Assembly: GCA_044892525.1 (NCBI GenBank)
Contig: CM097885.1
Span: 252,030,001 to 252,094,000, forward strand
Reading direction: 5' to 3'
Source: Schmidtea polychroa
Taxonomy: Eukaryota
DNA length: 64,000 nucleotides
The notes beneath the pieces were generated by a model. The model saw only the letters and a program-made list of their open reading frames with translations, had not been told where the DNA came from and did no database searches. Below, piece by piece: positions 56,901 to 64,000 of this stretch. The translations under genes and the position numbers were made by a program. Position 1 is the stretch's first letter; the number at the start of each line of letters is the position of its first letter.

Positions 56901-57413
56901 CATTGTTTTAGTGTCATTAAAGTGTTATACCATGCAATTCTGTTGAATGTAATTCCTTTACCAAATATTAATTACATAGTAAACTATGGTACTTAAAACA
57001 TGACAAGAAATTATTGTAAATTATGACATTATCATTAAAATTGGCTATGAGCCCCTTAGAAATTTAACCTAAATAGATATAAAATTGTCATAATTTTTTA
57101 TACTATTTGTACTAAAATCTATATTCAAGCAATCAAACTCCTATTTGTCATAAATGATTCTAAAATCAACCTAAATTCGCATTACATTTTTATATATTTG
57201 CCCAGCTGTTTCCAAAAGGGTTTCCAATTTATAAGTGATTTTACTGTACGTTATTTGACACATACATTTCATTGTGCTTTAGTTGATCCCGAGCCCCCTG
57301 AGTTTTTGAATGCGCCACTGTTTATGATACATTTTACATTAACTTTGGTTTGATTTATATATTATACATTTTTCCTTTTTTTAAAGAAATATTGACTAAT
57401 AAAATAATTTTAG

Positions 57414-57760
57414 GTACATTTTCTATTATGTCACTTTTATCGAGCGTTCCTCTTTTAAGAGAATATCAAATAAACAATAATACATTGCTAAATATAACTT
57501 CAAATTACACGAATTCCTCGACCAACGTTGGTTTACTTGAAGATACTAAGATTCAAATTTCGGTAGCTACTACTCTTTTGGCTGGTATTTTCCAGTTATC
57601 TATGGGATTTACTCAATTGGGTTGCATCATGAACTACATGAATGATGCTATGATCGGAGGATTTACAACTGCCAGTGCTCTTCATGTCATTCTTTCACAA
57701 ATGTCTCAGATGTTAGGATATAAAATTAAACGATATTCTGGCGTTGGAGAATTACCTTAT
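57414..57760 (+). CDS. SLC26A: SLC26 exon 3
   Basis: Joins exon 2 in phase 1 (SRHLSL G|TFSIMSL). Contains ISVATTLLAGIFQLSMG..LG.IMNYM.DAMIGGFTTASALHVILSQ and ends at GTAAG 57761. Confidence 0.92.
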
Positions 57761-59202
57761 GTAAGATTAATTAGAATTATTTGCTGAATATATATTTTAT
57801 TTAAATTTAAATTAAGTTATATTTTAGTGCGATTCTTTTCTATTTCATTTCTTTTAATTAATGCCATATTTTTCATTTTAATAAAAAATATTTTAAATTT
57901 TGCAAATTTTTTAATTTTAATTTTTAATATTAAGACATCTTATTTTTATTTTATCGGAAAATTAATTTTCTGTATCAAAATCTTTTTCAATTCAATTTTA
58001 CCAAATAATTCTTTAATAATTGTCATTATTGGAAGCTGCTAAAACATCTAAATTATTTTGTAAATCCGGTTCAAAAGTTAAAGACATAATTACAAATATT
58101 TATTTAGTGAAATATTGTATAATTTCCAAACAAATTTTCCGCGTTCAATAAAATATTTTCAAAACCATTTATCAAAATATTTCAATATTTAAAACATATT
58201 TAAAATTTTTCATTAATAAAACTTCTTTTTTTAAAAAGCTATTTTAATTTTTAATTTAAAAATTTCAACTTAAAAAATCCAATTTAAAAATTATTTAAAA
58301 GTTATTTTAATAGTCGATTATTTACAATTTAAAATTATTCTGATAAACCATTGAAATATTTAACTCTCAGCTGAAAACACCTCACAGTCATATTATGTTC
58401 AAATTAAAAAATTATCACATGGTTTCAAATGGANNNNNNNNNNNNNNNNNNNNNNNNNNNNNNNNNNNNNNNNNNNNNNNNNNNNNNNNNNNNNNNNNNN
58501 NNNNNNNNNNNNNNNNNNNNNNNNNNNNNNNNNNNNNNNNNNNNNNNNNNNNNNNNNNNNNNNNNNNNNNNNNNNNNNNNNNNNNNNNNNNNNNNNNNNN
58601 NNNNNNNNNNNNNTCAAACATTTTCGACAATGTATCAAACAATCTCAAAACAATTTATCAGAAGAATTCAATATTAAATTTCAAATAGATTTAATTTTTT
58701 TAATTAAATTTATATTTTACTTATTTTTAATTTAATTATTTTTGACCTAAATTCAATTTAAACTATTGCGACTAATCATGCGAAATATTTAACTCTGCCC
58801 GAAAACACTTGACATCTTCAAAAATTTATTAAAGACAAATCAGTTGAAGCTTCAGAAATTCATGATTTTAAATGAATGATGGATCCGTTACCTAAATAAA
58901 ATTATATGTTCATGAATTGGTAATTTATTTGATGAAGATTTATCTAAAATGCTATCCACTTATTCCAAAGGTAAAGGTTGTTGTAAAGGATTCAATACCA
59001 TTCGAGTGGCAATAACTTTAAAATAATTTATTGTTAAGCTATGATAAATATATTGTAACAGACTTCAAATTGCAATTTTCTATTGTTATTAAGTGATTAT
59101 GTAATCATATAAAAAATTATACTAGGCACCCCGTAGTTAAATTATGTGAATATTGTATAATATTGTATTTCCTGGGATATTTGGTTTGGTTTATACTAGT
59201 TG

Positions 59203-61744
59203 TAGGGTTTGCAAATTACCCGAAATCTTAATACCCGGGTAATCGAGTATTATTTTGTTTAAATACCCGGGTACTCGGGTACTCGAAAAAAATTATTTTA
59301 TGAATAAAAACAAAGTAAAGAACTAATTTTTAATTAATATAAACAAAAACAAAACAAATTCATTTATTCAACAAAAAACAAAGAAAAAATTAATAGTGAA
59401 ATTTCACAATACATAAGTATAAATACAAAAATAACTACAAAAATAACTAATTATTTTTATTAAAATAATATTTTAAAAATACCAATGCGTTAACAGTATC
59501 TGTGCCTAATCTATTGCGTACTTTATTAATAGTATTACTAGCAACTGAAAATACCCTCTCAGATGATGTTGATGTTGGGCTTATTGACAATAGAGCTTCA
59601 TATAAATTATTCATATTTCTACTTCTTTTGCCATCGTTTCCCTCAATAAATTTGAATTCTTTGTCAATATTAAAACTAGATGTATGATGTTTTAATTTTG
59701 TTATAGATTCGATACTTTTTTGTAAATTGTAGTGTTCAGCTTCTATACGTTCATCATCCTCTATTTCAATTTCTGACTCTTCATCAATTTCACTTTGATT
59801 ACTTCCCTCTTCTAAAAACAGCCTGTGAAACATTTGTTTTGCAAAATTCTTTGTAATAAATTTTGAAGAATAGTTTAAAAAATCATTTTCATTTTGTTTT
59901 GGAAAAGTACCATGGTGTAAGAATAATAGTAATGATATTAATTCTTTATTTCTACGTTTTTCAATTTCAATCTTCAATATTTCAAATAAATTCAGCGAAA
60001 ATTCTGTATTAATTTTCTTCAATCTTTGGAAAACGTATAACATTGTACCTTCTGCTGTCAATAAATTAGCACTGTCTTTACTCAGTTGTTCTACAGCTAA
60101 GATGGTTGGCTCAAGTGTAGTTGACACATTTTTTAAAACACTAACATAATCTTCATTAAAACATTGGAAACCAAGTTCATCTAATGCATTATTTATGCAA
60201 TTAATTAGTTTGAGGAATCTATTTATAGATTGAGCCAATGAGTTCCAACGTGTTGGTACATCTAATATCAATTTTAGTTCATGTACTTCTTGTTGTCGTA
60301 CATGTTTTAATAAAATTTCTGTTCGTATTGATGAATTTCTGAGAAATTTAATCATTTTTCTCATTTCGTATAATGCTGGTTTAATATCTGAAATTAAGAC
60401 ATGATTTTGTGAATCTTCTACAATTACTAAATTTTCGTCATCTTCTTGGTCATCTCCTTCGTCTCCACAGAAAAGCTCATCCTCATCATCTTTTTCAACA
60501 TTTGCAATATCATCTAAATTAATCTTTTTATATATAACTTTAAGTACAGCCAAATGTACAGCATGGTTATAACATAGCTGTTTCTCAGCGGTAATAAGTG
60601 AACAGTATTTTACCATCTCGCTGGCATCATCATTTGTTGAAGCAACAATATCTTTCCTTAGACTTACACCAAATTCTCTCAAAATATTTTCCACCAATTC
60701 TTTGGTTTTTTCAGCTGTACACTTTTCTGTGATTGTTACTAAGCCAAGAGCAAACTGTTGCAAATTCGATGACCGTAAATTAAAATTCAAAAATCTCCGC
60801 ATTGAAACGTCTGTCCACTCATCAACGGAAATACTAAATTTCTTCTTCAAACTTAATAATTTCTGTAATTCGTTTTTTGTTTCAACTTTTTTTTCCTCAA
60901 AAAAATCTAATATATTCTTGCGAACTGTATTGCAGCTTCTCGGCATATTATAATGGCGGCTCGCAACATATCCTCTAATTGCATCAGAATGAACAATGGC
61001 ATTGAACGAAAATCCATCCTTGGCTGCGCATTTTGATAAAATTTCATTCAAACTTTCCTTTTTTATGGAATTCGTAATTAATGAATTAGATGACTTATTT
61101 TGTTTAGATGTTGAAGCCTCAGAATTTAATTCATCAAAGTTGCTTGCATTAATAAAAATTCTGTGAAGTTTTAGATGGTTAATTAAACCAGTAGTATTTC
61201 CCCCCTTACAACTTAGTCGTGCTCCTCAATCATAGTATTTAGCTTCGCCTTTATCTATTTTTTGAAAATGATTCCATGCTTCAGACTTTCGTTTGCTCAT
61301 TTTAGCAACGGGTAAATAAAACTAAAAAAAATATATAACTTTCTGTAAAAAATAATTTATTTATTATTTATAGAAAAGAGCATACATAAAGTAGAATAAA
61401 TATAGTTTTAAATGAATTAAGATTTGACTAGTGAATTAAACCGATTTACGTTTGAAAACTGAAATCAATATAAATAAAAATCAGCTGATTTTAACTCAGT
61501 ATTGCTATTGCAATACTACCCAATATTGTCAACATTTCTTAAAATCCCTATAAGCAATAATACTCATTTTAGTTAAACTTTAAGTTTCGGAATTTTCATA
61601 TAGTGATTTAGATATTTTTTTAAATAATTTAACCGAATTTTGAATCCCGGGTACTCGATTCGAATTACCCGTGTATTAAATTACCCGTGCAACTACCGAA
61701 AATGGCGGGTATTCGAGTACTTGGGTACTTGATTGCAAACCCTA
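59203..61744 (-). mobile_element. Near-complete hAT transposon in SLC26 intron 3
   Basis: Perfect 12-bp TIRs TAGGGTTTGCAA/TTGCAAACCCTA, an 8-bp TSD ACTAGTTG/ACTAGGTG (one mismatch) and subterminal ACCCG repeats. Confidence 0.93.
59447..61300 (-). pseudogene. hAT transposase with a damaged BED finger
   Basis: ATG 61300 is in frame with the 534-aa ORF. BED reads AKYYD*G, with TGA at 61226-61228 at a Cys position. SVDEWT, TNDDA, CYNH, TRWNS and PTSTSSERVFS are intact. Confidence 0.88.
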
Positions 61745-61891
61745 ACTAGGTGCTTATACCAGTTATTATATTCTGTAAAATGAGACGATTATTCATTGAT
61801 TGTTACTATAATAATTCTCATTATGAGTAAAATTACTAATAAATACTATTTTTAATTATTCATATTTTTATTATAATTCTTTTTAATTTAG

Positions 61892-62130
61892 AAAGTTTAT
61901 CTTTTCGCTATAAATATTGAAAAAACTCAATGGAAAACAATTGCAATTACTCTCGTTTGTGTCGTTATTTTATTCCTGTTCACGGAATACCTCAATCCAA
62001 TTATTAAAAAAAAATTAAAATTTCCATTTCCAATTCAGCTCATTGTCGTGATATTAGCAACTGTAATATCTTACTTTTTCTCATTTTCCAGCAAATACAA
62101 TGTTCCGATTGTTGGAAATATACCGAAAGG
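61892..62130 (+). CDS. SLC26A: SLC26 exon 4
   Basis: Phase-0 join to exon 3; KLKFPFPIQLIVVILATVISY...VPIVGNIPKG; GT donor at 62131. Confidence 0.88.
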
Positions 62131-62160
62131 GTAATATATTTTTTTAATTATAAGAAATTT

Positions 62161-62430
62161 TTTCAATTTTCACCTCTGATTTATTTTTGATTGGCATTGT
62201 ATTTAAAAAAATTGACTATGAATCAGTAAAGATATCGATGTGTTTTTTTAATATTTTTACAAAATCACTTGAAAAAGACTGTATAGGAAATTCGTAAATA
62301 TCAAAAAAATATCGATATCTTTATTGATTTTTTGAATTAATATCTTAAACTCTTTATATCTTTATTTATTTAATCAATTTTTAAATAAATCCAATGTCAA
62401 TTGAAAAGAAATCAGAGGTGAAAATTGAAA
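62161..62430. mobile_element. Palindromic MITE
   Basis: Perfect 22-bp TIR TTTCAATTTTCACCTCTGATTT / AAATCAGAGGTGAAAATTGAAA. Confidence 0.75.
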
Positions 62431-63884
62431 GAAGTTATTTTTAACCGGTGTCCAATAAGTTAATATTTGAAGTAAGAGTTTTACAAATTTTTAATATAAA
62501 TTATATTTATAAATCTGCTGTTTACTCTATTTCAATGATACTCAACTTCATATATTTGTAACGTTACGCCGGCCACAATACTATACTGGTATGACAAAAA
62601 TGGCAATCCTATCCGGTGTCACTAACTGTGCATTAAAGTCGAAACGAATCTCAAGATATACGAAATTTAGAATGCCAGAATTCATTTTTTTAAAAATCAT
62701 GTTCCTTTGATAATAAATGTGTTTAGGACCGCAGGTTGAGTATAGTAGCTCTCTATTGGATATGTGATTGTCAAAGGTAACACTGGACTTGTGGCGTGTT
62801 GCTTAGTTGCATTATGTGATTGATTAAATATTTGATTAGGGTTTGCTGTTAATTCAATATGCCTCAACTTTCTCATTATTTTCATAAGTAAGTTTGAAAA
62901 ATAAACAAGAATTCCCTGCTATTTACATGTCTAAAAATGGGATTTAACTCTAAATTATTAAATTGTTGAACCAACTAAGCATGGGATCATAATATTCCAA
63001 CAAGCCTAAGACTTTGCAAATATAATTGAATCCATGGATAGATTGTAAATATTAATGTGGATAAATTAAGTATTTTATTCCGGCAATTTTCTTAAAAACA
63101 AATGTAATTTTTGTCACAGATCATGTAGATGCGTTGAATTGAAATCTTTTTTTGACAATTGGTAATTGTATTATAAGAACTTCTTTCGATTTTCACCTCT
63201 GATTTCTTATCAATAGACATCGTATTTATTAATATCACTTGAAAAAGGCTTTGCCGAAAATCCGTGAATATTAAAAAAAACATCGATATCTTTACTGATT
63301 CATAGTCATATTTTTAATAAATACAATGTCAATTGGTAAGTGGGCTATAGATGAACTATTCTAAAGGATTAGTGATCTATTTTAAGGCATGTTTCATTAA
63401 CAAAAAATAAAAACTTTAAAGCTAATTTTAGTTCAGTAATATTTTATCAATGACATTTTGTTCCTTTCTGTTACCGTCTAAATGGGTTATCGAAATCATC
63501 AAGTGATAATACCAAATTGATGAATACCATAACAAATTCTTCTAATACCGATGTCATTGAAATAAACCAATCTTACCAATTCTTTCATATCTTATGACTT
63601 TCAGAATTTTTTGTTCTTTTTTAGATTAAATAATGACTTTTAATTTTCACGAGAGGATAGCAAAGGAAAAAGTCTTATTTAGAGGCGTTGCTAAAGTAAG
63701 CATATCTATTCTCCTCTAATAATAAACCTATTGATATAATTACATATACAAAATTACGTTGAAGTTTCTATATACCAATGATAATAAATAAATTGTTAAA
63801 AAATTACACAGAATGATGCTTGTCCTCTAAAACTAATATCTAAACATTTAATAAAAATTAAATTAAAATTAGCTTTTCATTCAG

Positions 63885-64000
63885 TTTACCCTATCCAATG
63901 ATTCCTGATATTTCAATTTGGCCAAGGGTTTTTATTGATGCCCTCATTTTAGCAGTTGTTGGATTTGTCATGAACAGTGCCTTGGTAAAGGTATACTGCC
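63885..64000 (+). CDS. SLC26A: SLC26 exon 5 (gene continues beyond window)
   Basis: Phase-2 join (PKG|LPYPMIPDISIW...DALILAVVGFV) after the TTCAG acceptor. Confidence 0.8.

Noticed and set aside
53128-58688. ORFs spanning N gaps (53128, 53152, 55424, 55470, 58395-58677; also 47962 and 48047)
   Set aside because: They are open only because Ns hide stop codons.

Overview
This is very AT-rich eukaryotic DNA with short (~41-76 nt) GT-AG introns and four assembly N-gaps (48152-48288, 53229-53423, 55479-55717, 58434-58613). The host is most plausibly a planarian-type flatworm; that is an inference. (1) Bases 1-31 kb are a dense field of mobile and virus-like DNA. It starts with a tail-to-tail pair of SF3 helicases (CRESS-Rep-like and NS1/E1-like), matching my recollection of the planarian PEVE virus-like element. 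It also holds four divergent copies of an orphan ~250-aa gene (called W here), two collinear ~3.5-4.4 kb multi-gene units with no recognisable transposase, and three copies of a covarying two-stem motif. The rest is hAT, Ginger/KRBA2-like, Tigger and Ty3/Gypsy remnants, a deleted Polinton fragment, and TPR, EF1A and ubiquitin gene scraps. (2) From 32077 to the window end runs a host SLC26 anion-transporter gene, with five exons visible. (3) Its ~24.9-kb second intron holds a full-length 15.5-kb Polinton/Maverick (38477-53973) with AG...CT termini, a 6-bp TSD (TTTGTA) and TIRs of at least 550 bp. It encodes pPolB, integrase, packaging ATPase, major and minor capsid proteins and protease. Its accessory arm carries a TBP-like protein and an intron-containing Bcl-2-family protein, and several of its genes contain predicted spliceosomal introns. 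(4) Intron 3 holds a near-intact hAT element. All family assignments come from motif recognition by eye; no searches were run.
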